Shown: positions 25,506-39,569, counted from the first letter of the whole stretch. The stretch: DNA of 63,976 nucleotides, filler included, from Pirum gemmata (GCA_002812295.1; 20 parts of 20 records of this genome joined end to end with filler, not necessarily neighbours in it); one strand, 5' to 3'. The notes: generated from the letters alone by a model not told the origin. Program-made: numbers and translations.

Positions 25506-26859
25506 TTATGTAGTATATCTGTCTAAAACACAACATGCTTTTGCCATATTTTCACTCGATTCATGGTAATTTTCAAGAAAATCAAAATTATTTTTTTCTT
25601 GGTTATCCTTATTACCAAATGGTGTAACTTTATGAAAGGTACACATTGGGTATCGACTTTCATACTTGGGCAAATGCGAAGAAAAATTCTCCTTATTATC
25701 ATCAAAAACATGGACCATTGTGTTTAAATTAAAGTTAAGAAACTCTAAATGGTCCAACGTTTTTACCCATATTCCTGGTGGATTGGGGAAATATTCTCTT
25801 CCAAAGATTTTATCAGAAGGTAGTTCTTCTGGGGTTAAATTTAAAATTTCTCTAACAATTTTTTCTGCGAGTGCTGTTATCGAAAGTGTACACACTGTTT
25901 TCATAGTTAAAAAATAAGATAATTAAGTTTATTAATTGACAAAATAATTTTGGTAATGATTGAAATGGCAATTTTTTATAAATTATATATTGTTATGGAT
26001 AATATCCATAACATATTATATAGTATGTAATAATAAGAATAATAAAGAAATTACATTATTCGTATAAATTAATACTAACAATACTAGCTAGATAGCTTTT
26101 AGAGATATAAAATACTAGCTAGCAATACTACTTAGCTAGCTTAGAGATATAATACTAGTTAGCTAGCTTAGAGATATTATAATAATACTAGCTAGATAGT
26201 TTAGAGCTATAAAATACTAGGAATACTAGCTAGCTAACTTAGAGATATAATACTATCGGATAGCTAGCTAGCTTAGAGAACTCTTAGAGATACAATACTA
26301 GCTAGCTAGCTAGCTTAGAGATATAATACTAGCTAGCTAGCTTAGAGAATATATATATTAAATATAATACGTTATTACCTGCAAAAACAACATCTTCGTT
26401 TTTTGAGAACTGTAAGATAGACTTTTTTAGTCTTTCCCATACAGGTATTCTATAATATTTCATTATTTTTCCCCCCACTTTAACAGAAAATTGTTTTCCT
26501 GTTATTTATTGTAGTCAGTTTAAAATTTTACATTAACAACTAGTACTTGTGGCCAACAAACAAAATATAAAAAGTGGATACATGTATTTAAAGTTATAAT
26601 AAGTTACCTTTGGCATTTTTGCCTTCTGTTACAGCAAGAGAAACTACTGTTAGGTCAAGATCGAGAAGAATTGCAGCTTTAGGGGAAGGGACCACTGTAA
26701 GGTTTCGTTTATATATAAATAAAATGGAATTGTTGTTAAATTTTTGTTATCAAGCATAGATTAGGTTGCTGTTGTTAGTAATGCAATTTTATGTAATATT
26801 TGTTAACTAATGAAAAAGATAAGCCATTCCCTACCTTAAGCATGTATTTGGTGTTTTTT

Positions 26860-26899
<40 letters not shown>

Positions 26900-27861
26900 A
26901 TGTTTTTTGATAAAACTGTAAAAATCTTGTTTTTTTTTAGACTTCTTTTCTAAAAACCTTTTTAATAATACCATTGGACTAGCCAAATTATTTTGAAAAA
27001 ATAGCAATTGGCTCACAAAGTCTCACAATAGAGTCTCTTAGTTAGGAAATTATTTCTTTTTTAAAATATTGGATGTCGCTCTTGATAGTCTTTTTTTTTT
27101 AAAAAAAAAACAGAACTGAAAATAAAAATGAAGACAGATCAAGTTTGGAATATACAATTATGGTGATACTGAACATATAAATAAAATTAAAGACTATTTA
27201 TTGTCCGCTCAAGACAAGCAATACCTTTATATGAGCCGTCCCATCCCTTCAAATGATTCATAAAGTCGTGAATATGTTGTATTTTTACGATTTTTCTTTT
27301 TCCTAACGATCGATATAGACAACATATACAGATTAATTGAATTTAAAATTAAAAAACTTCAATAACACGAGAAAATTAAAATATAATACCAAACCTATAT
27401 ATCTATTTAAGAATGTAAATAATCCAATCAACGTCTATATATATGTATACATATTACACATATATACTATATTAATATGACATACCTACATCGGTGTGTA
27501 ATTTTTGTTTTATTTTTGTTTCGAATTTTGCGACTATGTCGTCAGACCATTCCAAAAGAAATTTATTGTTTTTGATGAATTGGTCTACCAGAATACCATA
27601 TACACAAAAGGCTAAATAGAGGAAGAAGGTTTTCAGGTTAAATGATATTCAAGTAATCCCAATATTAAAATATTATAAATATACTGGGTTTGCTATATGT
27701 ATATTATGTGGGTGGGTGGGTGTGGGTTAGTGTATAATTGTAATGAATACAAAAGGTTACTTACTCTTCTCATCTTGAGTTATTTCAATGCTTTGAATAA
27801 CCAGTCCTTCTTTAGTCATAGCACAGGTGTTATTTGTTTTTGGTACACAGTACCGTTTTGA
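25506..27861 (-). CDS. FCP1/SCP (NIF)-like HAD-superfamily phosphatase, at least 6 exons
   Basis: Exons 27861-27765, 27584-27486, 27302-27225, 26694-26608, 26498-26379 and 25894-25506 are all GT-AG and splice in frame. The product has AILLDLDLTVV (DxDxT motif I), YRIPVWERLKK..FAVCTLS (motif II T), VKTL (motif III K) and VHVFDD (motif IV). Confidence 0.85.
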
Positions 27862-28287
27862 CTATTACAATATTTTTATAAACATAAAACGAATTTTATA
27901 AATAAAACTTGAGAAAAAGCTGATGTAAGCAGTAAAAACGATCACAACCATGAATAATGAATAAGCACTAAAAGTTAAAGTTGTGTTATTTAATTAATAA
28001 AGTTTAATGAATTCAAATATACCAGGTTAAAACATTTAAGAAAGGTAGTTGTAACAATAAATTCAGATAATATATTATAACAAAAGCATAAAAAAAAATT
28101 GAATTATTATTATTATAATTATTACTATTATTATTATTATTATTATTATTATTATCATTATTATTATCATTATTATTTATCATTATTNNNNNNNNNNNNN
28201 NNNNNNNNNNNNNNNNNNNNNNNNNNNNNNNTTAATTAATTAANNNNNNNNNNNNNNNNNNNNNNNNNNNNNNNNNNNNNNNNNNNN

Positions 28288-28326
<39 letters not shown>

Positions 28327-28392
28327 TTAAAAAAATAAATTATGTTATTAATTAGTAATCGTTTATTAGATTTTTTTCTTTTTTTTTGCAGT

Positions 28393-29916
28393 TTATTTTG
28401 CAATTATTCTATGTACTAATTCCTCGGGAACAGCAGCATCAGTTAATCTTTTCTCAAAACTATTCATCTGTTTAGAAGAAAATTGTTTAGTGTGTTGTGC
28501 CACTGTATTGACACATAAAGATTTCAAAGTTGGTATGTTAGTATGGCAACTAGAAATATCATTACTTCTAACATTACCGTTCGAGTCTGCACAACCACCA
28601 AATAACAACATTTGACCTTCATTGGTAACGGAAGCAGAATGAAAGCATTTGGCATTGCCAGAAACGCGATTAAGTTGAACGCGATCCCAAATAAAAGTCT
28701 TTAAATCTAAAATCCAAAAATCATTAAACATTACTACACCATCAGTACCACCGTACATATAGATTTTGTTATCATTTAATATACAGGTATGTGATCGTCT
28801 ACCAATCGGCATGCCTTTTGTTTTACTTCCATCAGCAATTGTAATAACCACTTTCGAATCACATTTATGATATTTCCATTCTCCAGTAGCAAAATGATAA
28901 GAATAAACCTGAACAGCTTCTCTAGTGGGGTTTGGAATTCCACCTCCAACTACATACATATATTCATCATCAGAAACAGCTTCGTGTCTGTACCTGGGCG
29001 ATGGGCCAAGGGTGACGTCGTAATTATTTATATCGTTACCATTATGAATAACTGATTCTTGCAACATTGTCCAAGTTTTGGTCTTAAGATCTAAAACATG
29101 TAAATCATTAAAGTAGACGCAACCACTAGTACCGCCAAACATGTATACTTTATCGTTATTCTGTACCAGTGTATGACCGTAACGCGGGCAAGGTAATTCT
29201 CCGGTCAATTCGATATTTTTCCAATGGTAAGTATCCAGATCTAAAGTGTAAAAGTCGTTGGTGTTAGCGTGGCCAAATGGCACGTTAGACCCACCGAATA
29301 CCATTAAATGGTTACTATATATGACGGCTTGATGACTCACTCTTTCTGTCGGTTTTGTACCAGTACAATGTCGTTTAAACCAAGTATTACTTGCAATATG
29401 AAAGGAATAAACATCATTGTAACAACTACCATCATGATAGCCACCAAATACGTGCAGATAAGCATTATCTTCGTCAACAATAGAGATATGTCCACTTCTA
29501 GGTGTAGGGACATCTCCTCTAACATCCAAAGCGAAAAAATTAGGTTTATTTGTTAATAGTTCTATTTTGTTGATAATTGGTTTAGCTACGTTAAGTTTGC
29601 TATTACTGTTGTTATTACTGGTGTCAAAAGAACTAGATTTTATAAAGTTAAATAAATATTGAGATATGGAGCGTCTTTTAGCGCTATTATTACTGCTACT
29701 GCTGTTGTTGTCACTTCCATTACTACTAGTACTACTTATAGACATAGTGCTCTCATCACTAGAATCATTTTCATCACTATGGCTTGAAGTTGAGCGATTT
29801 GAATATTGTATTACTTCGTTAGAATCAAATCTATCATTGTTCTCGTTATTTCTAGTTGGTGAGGATGATGATGAATTCGACGAAGTTCGACGAAATAAAT
29901 TTATAAGTGTAGACAT
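28393..29916 (-). CDS. KLHDC10: Kelch-repeat CRL2-type substrate receptor, KLHDC10-like
   Basis: Intronless 507 aa with six Kelch blades. Motifs I recognise from KLHDC10: FGGSNVPFGHANTND, GGTSGCVYFNDLH, RYRHE, RRSHTC, FHSASVTNEGQM. C-terminal BC-box IPTLKSLC plus a Cul2-box-like VPEELV. Confidence 0.8.
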   Translation of the reverse strand: MSTLINLFRRTSSNSSSSSPTRNNENNDRFDSNEVIQYSNRSTSSHSDENDSSDESTMSISSTSSNGSDNNSSSSNNSAKRRSISQYLFNFIKSSSFDTSNNNSNSKLNVAKPIINKIELLTNKPNFFALDVRGDVPTPRSGHISIVDEDNAYLHVFGGYHDGSCYNDVYSFHIASNTWFKRHCTGTKPTERVSHQAVIYSNHLMVFGGSNVPFGHANTNDFYTLDLDTYHWKNIELTGELPCPRYGHTLVQNNDKVYMFGGTSGCVYFNDLHVLDLKTKTWTMLQESVIHNGNDINNYDVTLGPSPRYRHEAVSDDEYMYVVGGGIPNPTREAVQVYSYHFATGEWKYHKCDSKVVITIADGSKTKGMPIGRRSHTCILNDNKIYMYGGTDGVVMFNDFWILDLKTFIWDRVQLNRVSGNAKCFHSASVTNEGQMLLFGGCADSNGNVRSNDISSCHTNIPTLKSLCVNTVAQHTKQFSSKQMNSFEKRLTDAAVPEELVHRIIAK

Positions 29917-30218
29917 ATTTATTACAATTTATAACTATTATCAAGTATTTTGGGTTTGGGTTTGGTTTTGGGTTTAGTGTTCAGTTTTGGTTTAGGTTTT
30001 TGGTTTTACTTGTTTTTACTATAAACAAATCTTCAAAAATATTAAAAAGAAGAAAGATTCAATTTTTTGAAGTGTTTTTCTCATAATGTCTAATTTCGTA
30101 ACTCATTTATAGTTTTTTTTACAAATAATAACAAACCAAAATAAACAACAATATGATAACAACAACCAGTGCCAGCGGTCAGCCACACCCACACAACACT
30201 AAAAACTACTAAAATCAT

Positions 30219-30282
<64 letters not shown>

Positions 30283-32403
30283 AAGGAAGGAAGAAAAGAG
30301 AAATTGTTCAATAAAAACAAAAAACCAAATAAAACCAAAAGAAGTTTGAATGTATTGTTTTAATTAGCAATTTGGCAGATTTAAAATTTTTAATTTAGTT
30401 CATTTTAATTTATGAAAAATATTTTTTTTAAAAAAAAGGTAGCTTTTATTACATTTGGGTTTTTTTGTGGTTTTATTTATAACCATATTCGTATTTTTTA
30501 GGGGTTTGAGCTAGCTAGGGGGGTCTATTATTATCATATGATAGACTACAGAGCCTCACTCAGAGCTATTATATAATAAAAGTAGTGTCTACTAGCTCTA
30601 GCTAGCTAGAGGTCATGGATTTCCCCTGTGGATTTCCCCAGCAGTTTTCTCCTATCATATCAGTACCATATCAGCTACCATATCATAGTCTACTAGCTAG
30701 CTAGCTAGCTAGCTTAGTAGGTTTTCTCTTCTTGGGAGTCTCGATTCGAATCCGTTTTTTTGTCGATTTTGAATCCGAAAAAATATTTATTTCAGATCTT
30801 AGATTCAAAAAATATATTTTGTTTTCAAGCATATTTTTTTACTATATGATAATTGAATTAAAATTATAATAAGATATCTTTTCAAACATTTTCGATTCCA
30901 TCAAAAAACTTCGAACATTGTTTGGACAGACACGCGAGCGGACGGAAATCTGGAAATTTGTTTTGTGATGTCTGTAATCTGTATATTTATAATAATTGAC
31001 AATAAATTGAAATTCTAGCTGGTCATTGGATTCCTTCCAAAATTTGTTTTTTCATATTGTGTTTTTATTGGTAAAAAAAATTGTTGCTGAGCAGCCTACG
31101 ATTTCTGTGTGGAGTTCGATTTGTCATCAAACTCAAAAAATCAATTACAAGCAAGTCTGTGGACTCCCAGTTGTGAATTTTTCCAAGATTTTCCAAGCTA
31201 AAAACAAAACTCGAGTATCGAGAAATAATTTAACTAGCATATGGGTAGAATGTGTTCCCCAATAATTACCATTTTGAAATATAATTTAAATTTTCGGGGC
31301 TACTACTTAGTACCATGTNNNNNNNNNNNNNNNNNNNNNNNNNNNNNNNNNNNNNNNNNNNNTTAATTAATTAANNNNNNNNNNNNNNNNNNNNNNNNNN
31401 NNNNNNNNNNNNNNNNNNATGATATTTTTGTAAGGAACATTATTTTTTAACTATTTACCCTAACCCCTAACCCCTAACCCCTAACCCGTTACCCTTTACT
31501 CTTGCCTAAACAGAAAATGCTTACGGCTCTATTTAAAAGACAAATGGCTGTACCACACCTTCACCTCGAAGCTTGTAGTTTTTTTCAATTAATAAAAAAC
31601 CACGCAGTTACACCAAATAGGAATACATATAGGTAAAAAATTTCTAAGTGGTTTCTATATGTTATTTTGAAAAAACAAAAATACTTTTTAATTAATTTAA
31701 TATTTGACATTACTGTTGTGTTGTATTGTTTGTATTGCATTGTCTTGTGTTGTATTGTCTTGTGTTGTATTGTGTTGTGTTGTATTGTATTGTGTTGAAT
31801 TGTATTGTGTTGTATTGTATTGTGTTGTATTGTGTTGTATTGTATTGTATTGTATTGTATTGTGTTGTGTTGTATTGTGTTGTTTTGTATTGTGTTATGT
31901 TGTGTTGTGTTGTATTTTGTTGCATTGTGTTTTTGTTTTGTGTTGTGTTGTTTTTTTTTGTTATGTTTGTTGTGCTGTTGTGCTGTGACTTGTTGTATTG
32001 TATTGTATTGTATTGTATTGTATTGTATTGTATTGTATTGTATTGTATTGTATTTTATTGTATTGTATTGTATTATGTTGTGTTGTATTGTATTGTATTG
32101 TATTGTANTTGAAAAAATAAAAAGAAATTCACTTATTTGTTTATTTGGCAGTTTATAATATTTGAAATTGTTTTTTTAAAATTAGGAAATAAATAATAAA
32201 AACTTACCAAATTAAATAAAATTTATTTATGTAGTATTAATTTGGTCCTCTTTATCTAACTGTAACCGTAACCGTAACCGTAACCAAATTAGAAAGGGCA
32301 ATAAAAATGATATCAACAATATATTAATACATACATTTAATAGTATGATACCCCTTCTTACACATTCTATGCTATTATTTGTTATATTAGAGTCTCCACC
32401 TAG

Positions 32404-33348
32404 TATTTTTAATCGTTTGAATAACAAAAAATCCCCTAATTTTGAAGCAAGTCAAGTTCCAAGAAGGTAAATATATATCATACAATCCATTAACTGACCA
32501 ATTGCAAAACCTTTTTATATAAATGGATTATTTTTTTTGACCAATTACAAAACCTTTTTATATAAATGGGGGAGGGGGGTTAATATATTTAATTGGTCTA
32601 TTTTAATAAGAGCAGTCCATTAACTCCTATCATAAATACAATAATGAGTAAACCTAACCCTAACCCCAACCCCAACTATAACCCTAATCCTAACCCTAAC
32701 CCTAACTGTAACCCTAACTGTAACCCTAATTCTAACCCTAACCCCAACCCCAACCCTAACCCTAACCCTAACCCACCTTAAACCTAACCTTAACCCTAAC
32801 CTTAACCCTAAACTGGGGGAGGGGGGGTGTTCTGGGTTTTGTTTTTTCCATTATTTATTTTCTATTGGATTAAAAAAAAAATTGAAGGATTCTCTGAAAA
32901 ATATCAATTTTCATTGGTGTAATACATCTTCAAATAAAAGGCTCTGAGATTTTGACTAAAAAAAAACAATATATTGCAAGTCTTGCAAGACGCAGGACAT
33001 TAATAATGCAATGGAGTTATGTTATAAAATTTAACACACATCACAATATAACAAATAACATATTTTTATATTATACTCACCCACCCACATCTGTATGTTA
33101 TATAGAACCCCCCGCTTTCTCCCGCGTGACCAAGACGAAGACCGAGACCGAGACCGAAATCGAGACCGAGACCGAGACCGGAACCGAGACCGAGACCGAG
33201 ACCGGGATCGAAACCAAGTTCTCGACCGAGACCAAGACCTGGTCCGAGATCGAGACCGGGATCGAAATCAAGTTCTCGACCGAGACCGAATTCGAGATCG
33301 AAGCCAAGTATTCGACCAAGACCTGGGCCGAAACCAAGCCCATAACCA

Positions 33349-33413
<65 letters not shown>

Positions 33414-34088
33414 AAAGCCGATACCGAGACCAAGAAAGATTCGGACCCCAAGACCGATCCCGAGATCAAGACCGAGCCCGAGCCCAAGACCGAGCCCGAG
33501 ACCAAGACCGAACCCGAGACCAAGACCGAGCCCGAGACCAAGACCGAGCCCGAGACCAAGACCGAGCTCGAGACCAAGACCGAGCTCGAGACCAAGACCG
33601 AGTCCGAGACCAAGACCGTGTCTCTGACCGTGTCTCTAATCGTGATCGTGATATAGAAGATCGAGATAATCATCTTGAACGCAGATTTAGTTTTGTTAAG
33701 GATAGCGAAATTCGTGAAGATTGCGGGCGAGGCACATCTTTTAATCTTCGTGGTAATGATAATACCAATAGTAATCGTACCACAACTGTACTTTCTCATA
33801 CCGAGAGTATCCGCGATAAAATCAAACGTAAGCTGTATATTCTTTGGATGTGGTCATATTTTTAATTTTTATTATTTTTTACTCGTTGTGTGTATGGTTC
33901 ATTTTAACTTTCTATTTTTTATTATTGATTTTGATAAGTATTACTTTTTGGTTTGTGTAGCTTATAGATTATTTTGTATTGGAATTAACATTATGTTTTG
34001 CTTTTATTTATCTATTATTATTAATTTTGTTTGTATTGATGTTTGTTTGTGCGGATTATTATGGTTTTATTTTTTTCGTTTTGATATC

Positions 34089-34123
<35 letters not shown>

Positions 34124-35011
34124 AGTTAGGGTTAGGGTAAGGGTTAGGGTCAGGGTTGGGGTTAGGGTTGGGGTTAGGTAGTAGTAATATTAGCAGTAGT
34201 ATTAGTAGGGTTGGGGTTAGGGTTAGGATTAGTTAGTAATATTAGTAGTAGTAATAGTAATAGTAAAATTAGTAGTAGTTGTAATAGTAGTAAACGATGT
34301 AGTTCTATATATTTTTGTTTTGAATTTAACTATATATATATATATATGTATATAGGTCAAAAAGGCATTTCAATAAAAGACCTACACGCACCAACAACAG
34401 AGACTCGGTTTAGAATGTCCGAAAACTCGAATAACAATACTAATAATGTTAATAATAATAATAATAATAATGGTAACATTAACAATATACACAATGTAAA
34501 CAAGGACAATAGTAATGATATCAGTTTTCGCTTTAGACCAACTGATCCAACCTCCACTGCATCTGCCTATGATAACTATTTCTATAATAAAGAAAAGGAT
34601 AATGATATTCAAGACAACAAAAACATCAACTTCAGACTTACACTCCCTAACCCCCCTTCCCCTATGCCTTCAATTCTTCAGGCACCCTCTCAACCGTCCC
34701 CCTATTTTAACGGGGACGTTATGAAGTATTTGAACAATAATAGTGTAAGAAATGAAAATAGTTATAATGATAATAGTTATGATAATGATAATAGTTATAA
34801 TGATAATAGTTATGATGATAATAGTTATAATGATAATGGGTATAATGATAGTTATGATGACAATTATGATTATAATTGGAATTTAGCAAATGGCCAGACT
34901 GATAATTACGAGCACGGCCTTGGCAAAGGTTACCATAACAACGACTGGAATAATACAAATGGAGCTCATCTTACCACCGACACTAATCGCGATAATATTT
35001 TCAGTCAGCAG
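32404..35011 (+). CDS. RD/DQ dipeptide-repeat (mixed-charge) and N/Y-rich protein; three internal exons
   Basis: Exons 32404-32466, 33106-33827 and 34356-35011 join in frame via GT-AG (IFNRLNNKKS...RR|TPRFLPRDQDEDRDRDR...IKR|QKGISIK...). This fixes the RD frame, not the TE frame, of the (GACCGA)n repeat as coding. Confidence 0.75.
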
Positions 35012-35203
35012 GTAATTTATTTCTGTTTTTTTTTAAGGTATTGGTTTTGGTTTTTTGGTTTTTTGGTTTTTTGGTTTTTTGGTTTTTTGGTTTTTTGGTT
35101 TTTNNNNNNNNNNNNNNNNNNNNNNNNNNNNNNNNNNNNNNNNNNNNTTAATTAATTAANNNNNNNNNNNNNNNNNNNNNNNNNNNNNNNNNNNNNNNNN
35201 NNN

Positions 35204-35400
35204 GATGGTGGTTGGTGATGGTGGTTGGTGATGGTGGTTGGTGATGGTGGTTGGTGATGGTGGTTGGTGAAGGTGGTTGATCGGTGATGGTGGTTGATCG
35301 GTGATGGTGGTTGATCGGTGATGGTGGTTGATCGGTGATGGTGGTTGGTGATGTGGTTGGTTGGTTTGGTGATGGTGGTATTGTTGGTTGGTTTGGTGAT
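35204..35400. repeat. GGTGATGGTGGTT(GATC) minisatellite
   Basis: 13-17-nt tandem units at the scaffold start. Confidence 0.85.
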
Positions 35401-38400
35401 GGTGATGCTTTTTTTATTGTTATTATCACCGATGTGCAAGTTTTTTTTTGGTTTGGGTTTTTTTTTTTGTTTGAAAATCACAAAAAAACATGTCTGCCAA
35501 TGTTTTTTTTAGTATCTGATATCACGCAGAGTAGTTATCATACAGTTCATATGATACAGTCTATCATAGTAGGCTTTGGGGTAGCTACTAGAGCTAGCTA
35601 GTACTAGCTAGCTAGCTAGTAGTAGCTAACTCTGCGAAAAACTACGATAATTTCGTTTCTTATTAGTTTTTTGAAATATTGAACTAATATTGCGCAAATA
35701 TTTACTAAATGTTTCTTCTTTTTTTTATTAATCAACCAATAGCTACGATGTAAAGTAGTCGACAGAATGTCGCATGGTCGTTGAGAACTTAACAAGACTG
35801 AAAAAAAGAAGATCAAAACATTACTATAAAAATTTATGACAACTACCTTATATTGGAAACAATATTTGTAACTTACCCATATTTAGTAAATAATTTCCTA
35901 GACTAGCTAGGCTGCTAGCTAGGGTCTATTCTGGATATTGTATATGCACGTGACTACTACGTACGTAGACTTGTGTATTGTGACTATGCGGCTATGCCAA
36001 GGGACTGCCAAGGGCTAATAACAGTCTAATAACGCAGAAAACAGCTGAAAGTCAGAAATCTCAAGAAACCTCAGTATCTTTTTTTTTTTTACATTATTAT
36101 GAGAATAATAACTGAATAATAATACTAAAATAATATTATTCCCATAAATTCCAGTTATCCTCTGTTGTCTAATAACGTAAAGTTACAAAATAAAAGTTAT
36201 ATTCATGATAGAACCTGACGTAAAAAAATGGTACGTATACCTTTGCAAAAGCTTACTAGCTAGAGTAGTAGGAAACCGGTTGAAATTAACATTTTCGTTA
36301 TACATAGACCTCAACATTTTCACGTAGAACCTGAAGGACTACCACTCTAGCTAGTAGCTAGCTAGCTAGTCTACTAGCTAGCGGTAGTAGCTACAAGCTG
36401 TGCTTGAATTTCGAAGCTTGAAAGTATTTTGAAAGCGTTGCAACTTGCAACTTGACTGTTGCCATCACTACTCTAGCTAGCTAGCTAGTAGCTATCTGAT
36501 AGTAGCTAGCTAGCTAGTAGCTAAGCTAGCTAGGCAATCACTACATAATCAGACATTATTCGATTAACTGCTTCTTTTTTAAATCTTAATTATTATTAAT
36601 TTATAACTATGATATAGATAGTCCTGTTTTTGTGGTGTTATTTTTATTGTTTTATTATTAATATTGTTATTGTTATTGTTATTGCTGTTGTTATTGTTAT
36701 TGTTATTGTTATTGTTATTGTTATTAATATTGTTATTGTACATGTTATTATTAATATTATATTGTTATTGTTATTGTTATTGTTATTGTTATTGTTATTG
36801 TTATTGTTATTGTTATTGTTATAATATATAATATAGTTATTGTTATTGTTATTGTTATTGTTATTGTTATATATTGCTATTATTATTAATATTGTTATTG
36901 TTGTTGAGCGGGCACGTGAAAGCCTTAAGTACAAGATAAACTGGGTCCAACCAGGATGATTCCTTTTTGGCTTAGTTTAATTAACAATTGTTATTAATAT
37001 TGGTATTAATTGTTATTGTTAATTAACGTTATTGTTATTGTTATTGTTATTAATATTAATACTGTTACTAATATTGTACATGTTATATATTGTTATATTT
37101 ATTATATTAAAAAAAATTGTTGTTATTAATTGTTATTGATATATTTAATTTATTATATCATTTTATTGTTATTGTTATTATATTGGTTTATTTATTATAA
37201 TATTTTAGCTACAATGTTAATGAAGAGCGCTTTGGACTTCTTACATGTGTTTGTGTATAGCACCGGAACTCAAATCGCCATGTTCGATTAGAAAGCAAGA
37301 ATTTAAAAAATGCACTTCATCTTCAATATGTCGGACTGAGTGAAAGAAAGGTTGAGCAAGAATGTTCCCTCCTCAAACCATATATATTAAACCGTCAATA
37401 AATGACATGCTTTCCTCCTCATAACCACTCGCAATCATTCTTCCCCACAATATAATGTGTCGTTTGCAAACGCCTTTATCAATATAAAAGCAACGGTAGA
37501 AGTAAGTGTTTTCTGATTACTATCCAAAATGGGATTCCTTTTTTGATTAGGGTGGTGGGTCATACGATAGGTCTATAGAGTCTAGACTAACTACCAAAAT
37601 GGTGACATCCGCCATATCATATGAGCTCGAAAATCCAAAATATCAAAATGATCCAATTTTAATAAGAGTAATTTGAGAATATATAAACCAAATTGGCTAT
37701 AGATAACATTGAAGATTTTAGAAAAGAAGTCTAAACTAAAAAAAAAAAAATCATTGACGTAACAACTAATTAATATTAAAATTTTGTTGAAAGGGCCAAT
37801 TTTATCATACCCCCCCCCTTGGCTAGCTATCGACGCCTATTGTAGCTAGCTAGAGCTAAGACTTAGCTAAGCTAGTGCTAAGCTATACTTTCCATAGAAA
37901 TAATATCATATCGATAATTATTATTTCAATAATAATAATAAATTTACGTCATTTCCAATTTCCAAATGTTGACGTAGACTAGCAACTAAAAAAACCACCC
38001 CAAGTTTTGGGTTGGGGCTTTTTACTTTTTATACGTCATCCAAGCGTCATCATTTGCCCTTTTCAAGTCACTCTATCTATGATATTGGATAACCTAGCTA
38101 ACTAGCTACTAGCTAGCTAGTATCTTTCTAGCTACTAGAGCTATGGTGGGGGAACTAACCCCCGGTTCACCGAGCCGTATCTCGACCCCCAGACATGGTA
38201 TGAAAATTTTGAGATCGTGAATGGATAGCTTTTAACGAGCTGAGTCTCCCTGCTGACTCGNNNNNNNNNNNNNNNNNNNNNNNNNNNNNNNNNNNNNNNN
38301 NNNNTTAATTAATTAANNNNNNNNNNNNNNNNNNNNNNNNNNNNNNNNNNNNNNNNNNNNTATTATTATTATTATATTAAATATTGTTAATAGTGGCAGC

Positions 38401-39034
38401 AATCGATTTTTTTTTACATTTTAATGCTAACTAGCCAAATTATTTTTAAAAACTGGCCATTGGTTCATAATAGAGTTTTTTCATCAGTCCCGATTTCCCA
38501 AAATTTGGTAGTACTTTTCATTAAAATTGGAGCATTTTGAGATTTTTTGGATTTTTGCTAGGAATCATCCATAGATAAAAACGTCACCTAATCTTACCTA
38601 TGCCTCTTTGTCCAAAACACTTTTGGTCATAATTTTAAAGTTCATTTTTATAATTAATTACTGCCTAAAACAGTTTAAGTCACACACTTTCGATCAATGA
38701 CTTCTATCAAAGAATAAGTGTATCATAGCAAAATCTATCGTGTTTTGCCCTAGGCTACTAGTAGCTAGTCCCCAGGTGGTGTGTTAGGTCTCATGGTTTT
38801 TCAATAGTGTTAACATTGTCCAGTTCAAAAACTGAAATAAACCCACCAAATTATTATTATGATTAAACTATCAGACATGTTTTAATTAATTTGGTATGTT
38901 TTATTTATAAAACAGTTCAATTATATACTTAAACAGTACCAAATAAAAGATTGAGAGGGAAACTGTAATGAAATAGACGATGGTGACTACGATATATTTA
39001 ATTATAATAGTCCTCTAGCTAGCTAGACTTAGAA

Positions 39035-39206
39035 ACATTCATATATAAAGGACGACACTTAATATTTGATAGAAGTCATTGCCCGAAAGTATGACTTAAA
39101 CTGTTTTAGGCAGTGATGAATTATTAAAATGAACTTTAAAATTATGACCAAAAGTGTTTTGGGCAAAGAGGCATAGGTAGATTAAGTGATGCCCTTTATG
39201 GATGAC
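39035..39206 (+). mobile_element. MITE family D (~170 bp, TIR CAT(T/C)CATA..AAAGG / CCTTTATGGATG)
   Basis: The core gacttaaactgttttaggcagt...atgaccaaaagtgttttgg recurs at 38562-38725(-), 40720-40860(-) and 45754-46040 (the last carries a nested family C copy). Confidence 0.82.
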
Positions 39207-39569
39207 TATAGTACAATAATCTACAATCTGATTTTTATATTATCATAAGAGAGCATATACGTCACGTCAAGGGGAAGTTAGGTAGGTGGTATTTGACCGG
39301 AAATTAACGTCGAGGGGAAGGTAGGTAGGGGGTATTTGAAGCTGTATTTGACGGGAAATAAAAAAAAAAGTGATTATTATCTAGCTACTAGCTAGCTAGC
39401 TAGCTAGAGAGCTCCTTAGAGAGAGGCAGGAAATATAATCGAATCAAACAGCTCGATCTTTAATATTTTTTCGAGTTTCAAGTTTTTCAAAAGTGAGTTA
39501 ATACTTAAAATAGGATCGAAAAATTTCAAAAATTTCGAACTAATATTGATTCGATGGTTATTCCAGCAG

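Noticed and set aside
32952..33656. TE/TK-repeat ORF and antisense VS ORF (33098-33799)
   Set aside because: Flanking GT-AG junction phases support only the RD frame.
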